Shown one piece after another: positions 1 through 8,815 of a stretch of 64,000 bases of DNA. Both the position numbers and the translations under genes were made by a program. Every line of letters begins with the position of its first letter. Position 1 is the stretch's first letter. The notes under the pieces are model-generated. The model did not search any database. It saw only the letters and a program-made list of their open reading frames with translations, and was not told the DNA's origin. This stretch comes from Candidatus Omnitrophota bacterium (lineage in GTDB: Bacteria > Ratteibacteria > UBA8468 > B48-G9 > JAFGKM01): NCBI GenBank assembly GCA_023818645.1, contig JAMWCJ010000002.1, positions 9,454-73,453 on the forward strand, in the 5' to 3' direction.

Positions 1-88
1 ACAGAAAGGAGGTGGTGAAATATGAGGGTAGAAAAATTTATTTTGGAATTATTAGAAAGATGTTGAAAAATTTAAAAAAGGAGGGAAA

Positions 89-1258
89 ATGTGGAAATTT
101 AGAATTATTATCTTTTCATCATTATTAAGTTTTTCATTTTTATTTGCCGGAGAAATGGATATACTTTTAGAAAAACTTATTAAAAAGGGTGTATTAACAA
201 AAGAAGAAGCAAAAGAGATAAAGGAAGAAGTTAAGAAAGAAAAGGAAAAAGAGAAATATAGTTTTTTAAAAGATACTAAATTTTCTGGGGATTTAAGAAT
301 TAGATATCAGAGAGATAATATTGAAGGTGAACCTCATAGAGATAGAGAAAGATTTAGGGGAAGATTTGGATTTAAAACAAATATTGGAGAAAATACTGAA
401 GTTGGAATGAGATTGGCAACAGGAGTAGGAGAACAGACATCTACAAATCAAACCTTTGAAAATGCCTTTTCACAAAAAAATATCTGGATTGATAGGTTTT
501 ATGTAAAACATAGAATAAGTGATTTTGGAATAATTGCAGGCAAAATGGAGAATCCCTTCTATTGTACCGATATGATTTGGGACTCAGATATTAATCCAGA
601 AGGAATTGCATTTACATATCAAAAGAATAATTTTTTTACCAATTTAGGAGTATTTATACTTGACGAATTTAAAAGTTCAACTGATGACCCAATGCTTTAT
701 AGTTTCCAGATTGGATATAAAGGTAAAATTATAGAAAGGGATTTTAAAATTGGGTTTGGACTCTATTTAACTGATAGTTTGAAAAATAAAAAACAAGATG
801 ATATAAGTCCAAATTATAAACCGAAAGGTAATACTCTTACTTCAGATGGGAAATATTCTTATGAATATAAGCCATTAAGTATTCCCATTGAATTTACAGT
901 GTTTGAAGTCGCAAACAAGTCATTTAAGTTATATGGTGAATATATCCGTAATATAGAATCTGGTGTTTCTGAAAATGAAGGTTATCTAATTGGATTTACT
1001 TTTGGTAAATTGAAAGAAAAAGGAGATTGGGAATTTGGATATAATTACAGGAAAATTGAAGGTGATGCAACACTGGCTATATTAAGTGATTCTGATATAA
1101 ATGGTGGAGGTACATCTTTGAAAGGTCATAAAATTAGTTTTGGGTATCAAGTAAGTAAAAATTCTTCTTTTGGAATAACCTACTTTATTGGTCAACCATT
1201 AAGTCCAAGGACTGACAAAAGAAATACATTACAAATTGATTATTTAATAAAATTTTAA
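89..1258 (+). CDS. Outer-membrane beta-barrel protein, putative phosphate-selective porin (OprO/OprP-like)
   Basis: 389-aa ORF with an N-terminal hydrophobic signal-like segment, a K/E-rich linker and G/Y/N/T-rich alternating strands. It ends in an aromatic residue (…IDYLIKF), as OM barrels do. It sits directly upstream of pstS in the same orientation. Family assignment is inference from context. Confidence 0.5.
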   Translation: MWKFRIIIFSSLLSFSFLFAGEMDILLEKLIKKGVLTKEEAKEIKEEVKKEKEKEKYSFLKDTKFSGDLRIRYQRDNIEGEPHRDRERFRGRFGFKTNIGENTEVGMRLATGVGEQTSTNQTFENAFSQKNIWIDRFYVKHRISDFGIIAGKMENPFYCTDMIWDSDINPEGIAFTYQKNNFFTNLGVFILDEFKSSTDDPMLYSFQIGYKGKIIERDFKIGFGLYLTDSLKNKKQDDISPNYKPKGNTLTSDGKYSYEYKPLSIPIEFTVFEVANKSFKLYGEYIRNIESGVSENEGYLIGFTFGKLKEKGDWEFGYNYRKIEGDATLAILSDSDINGGGTSLKGHKISFGYQVSKNSSFGITYFIGQPLSPRTDKRNTLQIDYLIKF

Positions 1259-1272
1259 AAGGGAGGTAAAAG

Positions 1273-2310
1273 ATGATTAAAAAATTTTTATTATCCATAA
1301 GTATAATATGGTTAATTTTTACAAATCTTTATGCTGAAACAGAGATGACAGGAGCAGGTGCTACTTTCCCTTTCCCTCTATATTCAAAAATGTTTGATGA
1401 GTATTATAAAACTTATGGAGTAAAGGTAAATTATCAATCAATTGGTTCTGGTGGTGGAATAAGACAATTAAAATCAAAAACAGTTGATTTTGCAGGTAGT
1501 GATGCTTTTCTAACAGATGAGCAGTTAAAAGAATTTGATGATGAGATTCTTCATATACCAACTTGTTTAGGAGCAGTTGTAATAACATACAATCTTGATA
1601 TACAGGACCTTAAATTTACACCTGAGATTATTGCAGATATTTTTCTTGGTAAAATAACAAAGTGGAATGATGAAAAAATCATAAAAGTAAATCAAGATAA
1701 AAATTTGCCAAATATGAGTATTACAGTAGTTAGAAGGTCAGACGGAAGTGGAACTACTTTTGTCTTTACTGATTATTTATCAAAGGTTAGTAATCAATGG
1801 AGAGAAAAAGTTGGTAGAGGAACAAGTGTAAACTGGCCAATTGGTCTTGGTGGGAAGGGTAATGAAGGTGTTTCAGGACTTGTTAGACAGATACCAGGTG
1901 CTATTGGATATGTTGAATTGACTTATGCTTTACAGAATAATTTGCCTGTTGGAATAATTCAAAATAGATCTGGCAAATTCATTAAACCTACTATTGAATC
2001 AATTACTTTAGCATCAAATGTTAAATTACCAGAGGATATGAGAATTAGTATTACAGATACAGAGAATAAAGATGGATACCCAATTTCTTCTTTTACATAT
2101 ATATTGGTTTACAAAAACTTAAAAAAATCAAATGAAAAAATGACTTATGAAAAAGCAAAAGGAGTTGCAGATTTATTATGGTGGATGACACATCAAGGGC
2201 AGAAATATACAAAACCACTTAGTTATGCCCCTCTTGGAATTCAAGCAGTTGAAAATGCAGAAAAAATGTTGAAGAAACTCCATTTTGATGGTAAAATTCT
2301 CCTTAAATGA
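1273..2310 (+). CDS. pstS: Phosphate ABC transporter substrate-binding protein PstS
   Basis: Signal peptide. Motifs GAGATFPFPLYSKMFDEY, SDGSGTTF and IGYVELTYA are typical of PstS. First gene of a pstSCAB-phoU arrangement. Confidence 0.9.
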   Translation: MIKKFLLSISIIWLIFTNLYAETEMTGAGATFPFPLYSKMFDEYYKTYGVKVNYQSIGSGGGIRQLKSKTVDFAGSDAFLTDEQLKEFDDEILHIPTCLGAVVITYNLDIQDLKFTPEIIADIFLGKITKWNDEKIIKVNQDKNLPNMSITVVRRSDGSGTTFVFTDYLSKVSNQWREKVGRGTSVNWPIGLGGKGNEGVSGLVRQIPGAIGYVELTYALQNNLPVGIIQNRSGKFIKPTIESITLASNVKLPEDMRISITDTENKDGYPISSFTYILVYKNLKKSNEKMTYEKAKGVADLLWWMTHQGQKYTKPLSYAPLGIQAVENAEKMLKKLHFDGKILLK

Positions 2311-3182
2311 TAAATACAGAAAAAGTATATAAAAAGATAATTGGGATAGGAGGAGTTATTATAATTGGACTCCTCCTATCCATTTTTATAACACTTTTTT
2401 TAAATTCTTTACCAACAATTAAAAAGTTTGGTTTTAAATTTTTAATTAATAAAACATGGGACCCTGTTTTTGAAAATTTTGGTGCATTACCTTTTATTAT
2501 AGGAACAATTTTAACCTCAATAATTTCGTTAATTATCTCAGTCCCATTTTCTCTATCTCTATCTTTATTCATAGGTGAATATTACAGAGACACATTTATT
2601 TCAAAAGTATTTGAAACATTTATAGAAATCATTGCAGTTATTCCCTCTGTGATTTTTGGTTTGTGGGGACTTTTTTATCTTGCACCAATCATAAGAAGTT
2701 TACAATTGAAATTCTCCCTTCCTCCTACTGGAGTTAGTATTTTTACTGCTTCTTTAATACTCTCAATTATGATTATTCCATATGCTACATCTATAGGTAA
2801 AGAGGTTATTAAACTTGTTCCAATTGATTTGAAAGAGGCTGCTTTTTCTTTTGGAGCAACAAGATATGAAGTTGTAAAAAAAATTATTTTTCCTTATGCA
2901 AGAAGTGGAATTTTTGCAGGTTTTCTACTTTCTTTTGGAAGAGCAATAGGAGAAACAATGGCTGTTACAATGGTTATAGGCAATTCAAATTTTTTAACTT
3001 TTAATATTTTAAAATCTGGCAATACAATTGCCTCAATAATAGCAAATGAATTTACAGAAGCAGTGGAAACTTTACATCTTACATCTTTAATTGAACTTGG
3101 ATTAATTTTATTTTTAATAACATTTATAATAAACTTTTTTGCACATTTTTTTGTCATTAAAAGAAAAATAATTGAAATATGA
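2307..3182 (+). CDS. pstC: Phosphate ABC transporter permease PstC
   Basis: Polytopic membrane protein whose ORF overlaps pstS by 4 nt. ABC permease signature region (…EAAFSFGATRYEVVKKIIFPYARSGI…). Second gene of the pst operon. Confidence 0.85.
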   Translation: MINTEKVYKKIIGIGGVIIIGLLLSIFITLFLNSLPTIKKFGFKFLINKTWDPVFENFGALPFIIGTILTSIISLIISVPFSLSLSLFIGEYYRDTFISKVFETFIEIIAVIPSVIFGLWGLFYLAPIIRSLQLKFSLPPTGVSIFTASLILSIMIIPYATSIGKEVIKLVPIDLKEAAFSFGATRYEVVKKIIFPYARSGIFAGFLLSFGRAIGETMAVTMVIGNSNFLTFNILKSGNTIASIIANEFTEAVETLHLTSLIELGLILFLITFIINFFAHFFVIKRKIIEI

Positions 3183-4006
3183 AAATATTTAAAGACAGAA
3201 TTTTTAAATTTTTAATTATAATATTCACAATTATTTCTATTCTTCCTCTCTTTTTTATATTTTTTATAATTTTAAAAAAGGGTCTTTCTGTAATAAATTT
3301 AAATTTTCTGTTATCTTTACCAAAACCTCCTGGAGAAACAGGTGGAGGAATTCTGAATGCTATTGTAGGGACTTTTTTACTTATATTTATTGCTTCTTTA
3401 ATTTCAATACCCTTAGGAATATTTTTAGGAATATTTCTTTATGAATATAAAAAAAGAAAAATAGGAGAAATTTGTTATATCTTCATAGATGTTTTACAGG
3501 GTATTCCTTCAATAGTAATAGGTATAGTTGCCTATATATGGATAGTAAAAAAAATGGGACACTTTTCTGCTTTTTCTGGTGGATTTGCTTTATTCTTAAT
3601 TTTACTTCCAATTGTTATAAAATCCACAAAAGAAACACTTGATATGATACCTTTTGATTTGATTGAAACTTCTCTTTCACTTGGGATAACTTATCCAAGA
3701 ACCATTTTAAAGGTTGTTTTACCTTGTGGAATGAGTGGAATGATGTCTGGAATATTGGTTGGAATAGGTAGAATTTCTGGTGAAACAGCACCTTTACTAT
3801 TCACTGCTTTTGGTTCTCCATTTTTGAATTTGAATATTTTAAAACCAATAAGTTCTTTACCTCATTTAATATTCACCTATACAATGAGTCCTTATGATGA
3901 TTGGCATCGTCAGGCATGGGGTTGTGCTTTATTATTAATTATGATTATTTTATCTTTAAATATAATAAGTAAGATTATAGTAAAAAAATGGAAAATAGAA
4001 TTTTAA
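3179..4006 (+). CDS. pstA: Phosphate ABC transporter permease PstA
   Basis: Polytopic membrane protein with the EAA-like loop (…ETSLSLGITYPRTILKVVLP…). Overlaps pstC and pstB by a few nt. Confidence 0.85.
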   Translation: MKIFKDRIFKFLIIIFTIISILPLFFIFFIILKKGLSVINLNFLLSLPKPPGETGGGILNAIVGTFLLIFIASLISIPLGIFLGIFLYEYKKRKIGEICYIFIDVLQGIPSIVIGIVAYIWIVKKMGHFSAFSGGFALFLILLPIVIKSTKETLDMIPFDLIETSLSLGITYPRTILKVVLPCGMSGMMSGILVGIGRISGETAPLLFTAFGSPFLNLNILKPISSLPHLIFTYTMSPYDDWHRQAWGCALLLIMIILSLNIISKIIVKKWKIEF

Positions 4007-4746
4007 AAATTGAAGATTTTTCTGCTGGATATGGAAATTTAACTATTTTGAAGAATATAAATCTTGAAATTTCAAAAAATAAAATAACTGCAATAATGGG
4101 ACCATCTGGATGTGGTAAAACAACACTAATAAGATGTATAAATAGAATGCATGAATTAAAAAAAGACGCATTTCATTATGGTAAAATCTATTTAGAAAAT
4201 GAAAATATTTTTAATATGAATCCAGTAATTTTAAGAAGAAAGGTGGGTATGGTTTTTCAAAAACCAAATCCATTCCCTCATATGTCAATTTATGAAAATG
4301 TTCTCGCAGGTTATTTAATTAATGGTATTAAATTGAAAAAAGCAGAAAAGGACATAATTGTTGAAGAAACATTAAAAAAAGTTGCTTTGTGGGATGAGGT
4401 TAAGGATAAATTATACTTAAGAGGGACTTATCTTTCAGGCGGCCAACAACAAAGATTGTGTATAGCAAGAACTCTTGCATTAAAACCAGAAATTCTACTA
4501 CTTGATGAACCAACCTCTTCTCTTGACCCTAAATCAACTTTTGAAATAGAAAGATTACTTGAAAAATTAAAAGAAAATTTGACAATAATTATTGTTACAC
4601 ATAATATTTCACAGGCATCAAGAATTTCTGATTATGTTGCTTTTTTATATTTAGGTGAACTTGTTGAATTTGGAAAAAGTGAGAAAGTTTTCACTTCTCC
4701 TACTAATAAAAAGACAGAGGAATATTTAAGCGGTAAATTTGGTTAA
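3988..4746 (+). CDS. pstB: Phosphate import ATP-binding protein PstB
   Basis: Walker A GPSGCGKTT, ABC signature LSGGQQQRL and Walker B LLLDEPTSSLD. The N-terminus is PstB-like (…GYGNLTILKNINLEI…). Confidence 0.92.
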   Translation: MENRILKIEDFSAGYGNLTILKNINLEISKNKITAIMGPSGCGKTTLIRCINRMHELKKDAFHYGKIYLENENIFNMNPVILRRKVGMVFQKPNPFPHMSIYENVLAGYLINGIKLKKAEKDIIVEETLKKVALWDEVKDKLYLRGTYLSGGQQQRLCIARTLALKPEILLLDEPTSSLDPKSTFEIERLLEKLKENLTIIIVTHNISQASRISDYVAFLYLGELVEFGKSEKVFTSPTNKKTEEYLSGKFG

Positions 4747-4748
4747 AA

Positions 4749-5417
4749 ATGGGGGTGTTTATGTTAGATGAGAGAATAATAGAACTTAAAAGAAAAATTA
4801 CTGAATTTGGTTTACTCATAGAAAAGATGATAGATGAAAGCATTGCTGGATTATTGAATAAAAATGAAGAAAGGCTAAAAAAGGTTATAGAAGATTTAGA
4901 AGAGAAGGCAAATAATTTTGAAATAGAAATTGAGGAATTGTGTATAGAAACAATTGCACAATTTGAACCAAAAGCAAAAAATTTAAGAATAATTTTGATG
5001 ATTTTGAAAATAAATAATGACCTTGAAAGGATAGGAGACCATGCAGTTAATATATCTGAAAGCAGTTTGTTTTTAATAAAAAGACCAGATGTAAAACCAT
5101 TGATTGATATACCAAGGATGGCTGATGAATCAATAAAAATGTTGAAAGACAGTATTAATTCTTTTATAAATGAAGATGCAGAAATGGCGAGAAACGTTTG
5201 TTATAGAGATAATATAGTTGATAATTTAAAAGACCAAATTATAAGAGAATTAGTAACATATATGATTTCTGACCCAAATACAATAGAAAGGTCTTTGGAA
5301 TTGATAAGAATAACACAAAATTTAGAAAGAATAGCAGATCTTTCTACAAATATAGGCGAGGATGTAATATTTATAACACAAGGTAAAATAATAAAACATC
5401 ATATAGAAGAAAAATGA
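4749..5417 (+). CDS. phoU: Phosphate transport system regulator PhoU
   Basis: 222 aa with two helical PhoU repeats (…LERIGDHAVNI… and …LERIADLSTNIGEDVIFI…), immediately after pstB. Confidence 0.85.
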   Translation: MGVFMLDERIIELKRKITEFGLLIEKMIDESIAGLLNKNEERLKKVIEDLEEKANNFEIEIEELCIETIAQFEPKAKNLRIILMILKINNDLERIGDHAVNISESSLFLIKRPDVKPLIDIPRMADESIKMLKDSINSFINEDAEMARNVCYRDNIVDNLKDQIIRELVTYMISDPNTIERSLELIRITQNLERIADLSTNIGEDVIFITQGKIIKHHIEEK

Positions 5418-5818
5418 AGAAAATATTATTTTTGTGTAAAGAAAATTCTGCAAGAAGTCAGATGGCGGAAGCAATTGTTAATAATTTTTATAAAGATAAA
5501 TTTATTGCTTTTTCTGCAGGTTCTAAACCAAAATATGTTCATCCACTTGCAATTTCAGTTATGAAAGAAATAGGTATAGATATATCAAATCAGAGGAGTA
5601 AGTCAGTTGTTGAATTTCTTGGCGAAAAGTTTGATTATGTTATTACTGTTTGTGCAGGAGATAAAAATGGTATCTGCCCTGTTTTCTATGGTGATGCTGG
5701 TGAGACAATATATTGGGAAATACCAGATCCTGCAAGATCTAACGATATTGAAAGTTTTAGAAGAGTAAGAGATTTATTGATAAAAAAAATAAACGGGTTT
5801 ATAAAAATTAGAGATTGA
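5414..5818 (+). CDS. Low-molecular-weight phosphotyrosine phosphatase / ArsC (thioredoxin-type arsenate reductase) family protein
   Basis: 134 aa with the N-terminal P-loop C-X5-R (LFLCKENSARSQMAEA) and the downstream Cys pair region (TVCAGDKNGICPV) of the LMW-PTP/ArsC fold. Overlaps the phoU stop. Confidence 0.7.
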   Translation: MKKILFLCKENSARSQMAEAIVNNFYKDKFIAFSAGSKPKYVHPLAISVMKEIGIDISNQRSKSVVEFLGEKFDYVITVCAGDKNGICPVFYGDAGETIYWEIPDPARSNDIESFRRVRDLLIKKINGFIKIRD

Positions 5819-5846
5819 CTTAAATTAGATAATTGAAAAACGAAAA

Positions 5847-6656
5847 ATGCTTTTTAATATTTATAATTTAAATATTTTACTTCAATCTCTAATAGGTGGA
5901 CTTTTTACTTGGTTTATTACTTTAATTGGCGCTTTAACAATTTTTTTAAATAAAAAATCAGATAGAAAAATTTTTGATGTTGCACTTGGATTTGCAGGTG
6001 GAGTTATGCTTGCTGCAAGTTTTTTTTCACTTTTACTTCCTTCAATAGAATATTCAAAAAAATTACTTATTCCTTTATGGTTTCCAGTTTCATTAGGGTT
6101 CTTAGGAGGGGCCTTATTTTTATTATTATTTGATAAGATAATTCCTCACCTTCATATAAATTCAAAAATAGAAAATAAAGAAGGGATTAAAACTGAACTT
6201 CCTGTTTATTTTTTGCTTGTTTTCGCAATAACTTTACATAATATCCCTGAAGGACTTGCAATTGGTGTTTCTTTTGGTTCGCTAAAATACAATAATACTT
6301 TTGAAAATTTTTTAAATTCTTTATCGCTAACAATAGGTATCGGTATTCAAAATTTCCCTGAAGGACTTGCTGTCAGTTTGCCTTTATCTACTTCTGGGAT
6401 TAGTAAATTAAAAAGTTTTATTTTAGGGCAATTATCAGGACTTATTGAACCATTATTTGCTCTTGTGGGTGCATTTTTTGTCTCCTATTTTTCCAAAATT
6501 TTACCATATGCTCTATCTTTTGCAGCAGGTGCTATGATTTATGTAATAATTGAAGAAGTTATTCCTGAAACACAAAAAGAAGGGAATATTGATATTTCAA
6601 CATTTTCTTTTATTATAGGTTTTGTAATTATGACAATTCTTGACATTTCTATTTAA
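5847..6656 (+). CDS. zupT: ZIP family divalent-metal transporter (ZupT-like)
   Basis: Polytopic membrane protein with two HNxPEGLA(I/V) metal-binding motifs (LHNIPEGLAIG and IQNFPEGLAVS) characteristic of ZIP transporters. Confidence 0.75.
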   Translation: MLFNIYNLNILLQSLIGGLFTWFITLIGALTIFLNKKSDRKIFDVALGFAGGVMLAASFFSLLLPSIEYSKKLLIPLWFPVSLGFLGGALFLLLFDKIIPHLHINSKIENKEGIKTELPVYFLLVFAITLHNIPEGLAIGVSFGSLKYNNTFENFLNSLSLTIGIGIQNFPEGLAVSLPLSTSGISKLKSFILGQLSGLIEPLFALVGAFFVSYFSKILPYALSFAAGAMIYVIIEEVIPETQKEGNIDISTFSFIIGFVIMTILDISI

Positions 6657-6691
6657 TCAATAAAAAGTAAGAATCTTATATCCAGATGGTT

Positions 6692-6958
6692 TTAACAAAT
6701 CAAATAATAATTTTCTTTTTTCATCGTATTCTGGAAAGAAAATTTCTTTACAGTCAAGTATATTTTTTCTTCATTAACAAGTTTTACTGAAAATGCAAGA
6801 CAACTATCCTCAATACATTTTTTACAATTTTTTAGTAAGTAGTTTATAAACATGGAGTACTTCAAGTTTATCTTTTTTTTATAATTAGGCTTTATTATTT
6901 TTATAATTTCATTTTTTTTCTTTATCCATTTTATTATTTCAATTTGCATCTTTTTCAT
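6692..6958 (-). CDS. Hypothetical small Cys-containing protein
   Basis: 88-aa ORF with no recognisable family. Lies in a gene-poor, apparently decayed region. Weak call. Confidence 0.2.
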   Translation of the reverse strand: MKKMQIEIIKWIKKKNEIIKIIKPNYKKKINLKYSMFINYLLKNCKKCIEDSCLAFSVKLVNEEKIYLTVKKFSFQNTMKKENYYLIC

Positions 6959-7163
6959 CTTTAATTTTTCCTGCAGAAATTTTATTTGAATAAAGTATAA
7001 TAATTTTTTCTTTGCTAAAGATTTTTCAGTATGATTATATATTGCTTTGGGTAAAATTGTATTTAAATAAGCAAGATGTCACTTATATCTTCATCAATTA
7101 AAGCAATAAATCTTATTTTTTCAGGATCAGCAGGACAAGGTAAAACTCTTTCAATTGTTATAT

Positions 7164-7355
7164 TCATTTTTTAAATTTAATTTCTTTATTATCCCAGGCA
7201 TAACTTGTTTTACAGTGTGATTTTTCTCTTTTTTTTAAGATTTCATAAATTTTTTTTACAAATTTTAAAGCATCTTCTTTATCTTCATCCATCACTATTT
7301 TTTTTATTTCAATTATATCTTTTTCTTCAAATTCTAAAACCTCTTTATTTTCCAT
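7164..7355 (-). CDS. Hypothetical small acidic protein
   Basis: 63-aa ORF, E/K-rich. It is followed in tandem by a 45-codon ORF fragment (about 7034-7162, MNITIERVLPCPADPEK…). It may be part of a disrupted gene. Confidence 0.2.
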   Translation of the reverse strand: MENKEVLEFEEKDIIEIKKIVMDEDKEDALKFVKKIYEILKKREKSHCKTSYAWDNKEIKFKK

Positions 7356-7823
7356 TTAAACTTTTTTATTTCTTTTTAATGTGAACTTTTTCTCGTCTTT
7401 CCCATCTTTCATTATAATTTCCTAACTTCATACATTTTTACATAAGAAATAAAAGTTCTTCAAATTTCATTTGTTTAAGATAATTTATAATTTTCACACC
7501 TTTTTGTCAATTTTGTAGATTTTTGAAAGGAGATAATATGTGTAAAAGTTGCAAATCTGGTTTTGAAGTGGTAAAAAGAAAGGTATATAAATGTAGGAAG
7601 TAAGGAAGGACTTAATTTCCCAGAGAACACCTCGTAGGTGAAAAAAGGTCATAATTCTTTATTTCATTTGACAGCAAAATTTTCTATTAAGGGAAAATAC
7701 ACAGTGAAATATGAAACAAAAAGATTTAACTATCATCTTCTTAAGTGATAAATTTTTTAATAAGACAATAGACATGAATAGAAAAAGTTGAATGTTTAAT
7801 AGAAAGCTTTGAATCAAGATATT

Positions 7824-8387
7824 TTATTTTTCCCTTTTTGATTGTTGACTGGCAAGATTGGAAAAGAAATTAAGTACCGATTGGAGTATTTGAGGTGTTT
7901 TTTTATTTTGTTCTGGTAGCATAAAACCAATTTTTTTTAAAAAAATTTTATTTTCTTTTTCAATTATTTCAAAAAATATATAGGCATTTCCAAAATTTTT
8001 AAAATCAATTCTGTAAGTTGTAAATAAACTTTTCAAATTCTCTATTTCTTCAAAAGGACCTAATTTTAATGATATATCTCTACTTTTTTCTTCTATCTTA
8101 TCAATCTTTTTGAAGTATTTTATTTCTCCAAGTTGATTTATTATAAATTCAAGTCCTTTTAAAATTGCTTCCCTGTCATTTCTTAAATTCTTTTCTCCAT
8201 AGTTTTCAGGAATATAAAAACTTTTAAAAATTTGCTCATACTCTCCACCAGCAATTTCAAAAATAAGTTTTTGAGAAAAATTATTTATCTCATTAACGGA
8301 GACCAGATTTTTTATAAAAAGAAAAACTGTTAAAAAAATTATTTTTCCCATCGTAAAAATTATAAACAAAAAAATATTATATTTCAA
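7824..8387 (-). CDS. Hypothetical membrane-anchored protein
   Basis: 187-aa ORF with an N-terminal hydrophobic anchor (MKYNIFLFIIFTMGKIIFLTVFLFI). No family recognised. Confidence 0.35.
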   Translation of the reverse strand: MKYNIFLFIIFTMGKIIFLTVFLFIKNLVSVNEINNFSQKLIFEIAGGEYEQIFKSFYIPENYGEKNLRNDREAILKGLEFIINQLGEIKYFKKIDKIEEKSRDISLKLGPFEEIENLKSLFTTYRIDFKNFGNAYIFFEIIEKENKIFLKKIGFMLPEQNKKTPQILQSVLNFFSNLASQQSKREK

Positions 8388-8503
8388 ATTTTTAATCTGT
8401 TTTGAAAAATGTAATAAAATTAAGAAGATTCAAGTATAATTTAATTTAAAAGGTAAAATTATAAAAAATGTATACTTACTGCAGAAAAATGAGGTGATAA
8501 TTA

Positions 8504-8686
8504 TGGCTTATTTTATGCAAAAATTTTGAATGAGAAGTTGAAAGAATGAGAGAAATTTTATAACTACCATAGACCACATGAATCTCTTAATGGAAAGACA
8601 CCTTATAAAAAGATGAGAGAAAAACTAACTTCTTTCAATGTAACCAGTGATTGGCAAATTCACATTGGTTTGACAAAGATAATTTA
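8504..8686 (+). mobile_element. IS remnant: frameshifted C-terminal fragment of a DDE/rve-type transposase (IS3/IS481-like)
   Basis: The intact 45-codon frame 8552-8686 encodes EKFYNYHRPHESLNGKTPYKKMREKL…*, the canonical C-terminal motif of rve integrase-core transposases. Upstream frames carry stops (MAYFMQKF*, MRS*). No intact catalytic core or inverted repeats are present. Confidence 0.6.
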
Positions 8687-8716
8687 AAAAGGTAAAATTT
8701 GTAAATAATTTTAAAA

Positions 8717-8790
8717 GGGGCCGTAGTTCAGCGGTCAAGAATGCCAGACTGTCGATCTGGAGGTCGCGGGTTCAAATCCCGTCGGCCCCG
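8717..8790 (+). tRNA. tRNA-Asp (anticodon GTC)
   Basis: Manual cloverleaf fold. Acceptor GGGGCCG/CGGCCCC; D-arm GTTC…GAAT; anticodon stem CCAGA/TCTGG with loop CTGTCGA (anticodon GTC); T-arm GCGGG-TTCAAAT-CCCGT; discriminator G. No encoded CCA. Confidence 0.85.
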
Positions 8791-8815
8791 TTTTTTCAAT
8801 TTTTTGTTTTAAAAA

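Noticed and set aside
22-66. 14-codon ORF (MRVEKFILELLERC) preceded by AAGGAGGTG at the window's left edge
   Set aside because: The left edge cuts an upstream gene (frame 1 reads …TERRW* ending at 18). The SD-like string may be coincidental coding sequence, and it cannot be resolved from this window.
1361-1588. Antisense 75-aa ORF inside pstS. I treat as the same class all of these antisense ORFs: 2303-2572, 2894-3157, 11349-11667, 11835-12296, 12588-12773, 14040-14417, 14843-15238, 17087-17308, 17862-18734, 20005-20324, 21195-21395, 24686-25188, 25326-25655, 26207-26419, 27448-27714, 27973-28191, 31689-31889, 34162-35624, 37406-37684, 38770-38964, 40492-40855, 41118-41339, 41938-42781, 44009-44326, 45142-45369, 46353-46580, 48096-48620, 49026-49487, 50322-50815, 53248-53641, 54635-55155, 56763-57005, 57985-58212 and 62345-62662.
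   Set aside because: All lie opposite or out of frame to long ORFs with clear homology or signal peptides. Their translations are low-complexity F/L/I/S-rich strings with no family resemblance. This is the expected shadow-ORF background in roughly 30% GC DNA.
7537-7602. 21-codon ORF MCKSCKSGFEVVKRKVYKCRK with a good AAGGAG RBS
   Set aside because: It is too short to support. It could be a zinc-ribbon micro-protein or a leader peptide, but there is no conservation evidence available.
8504-8686. Possible intact IS transposase gene
   Set aside because: Only a 45-codon frame carrying the C-terminal rve motif is open. Upstream frames are interrupted by stops, and no DDE core or terminal inverted repeats are present. 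I call it a remnant, not an active IS.
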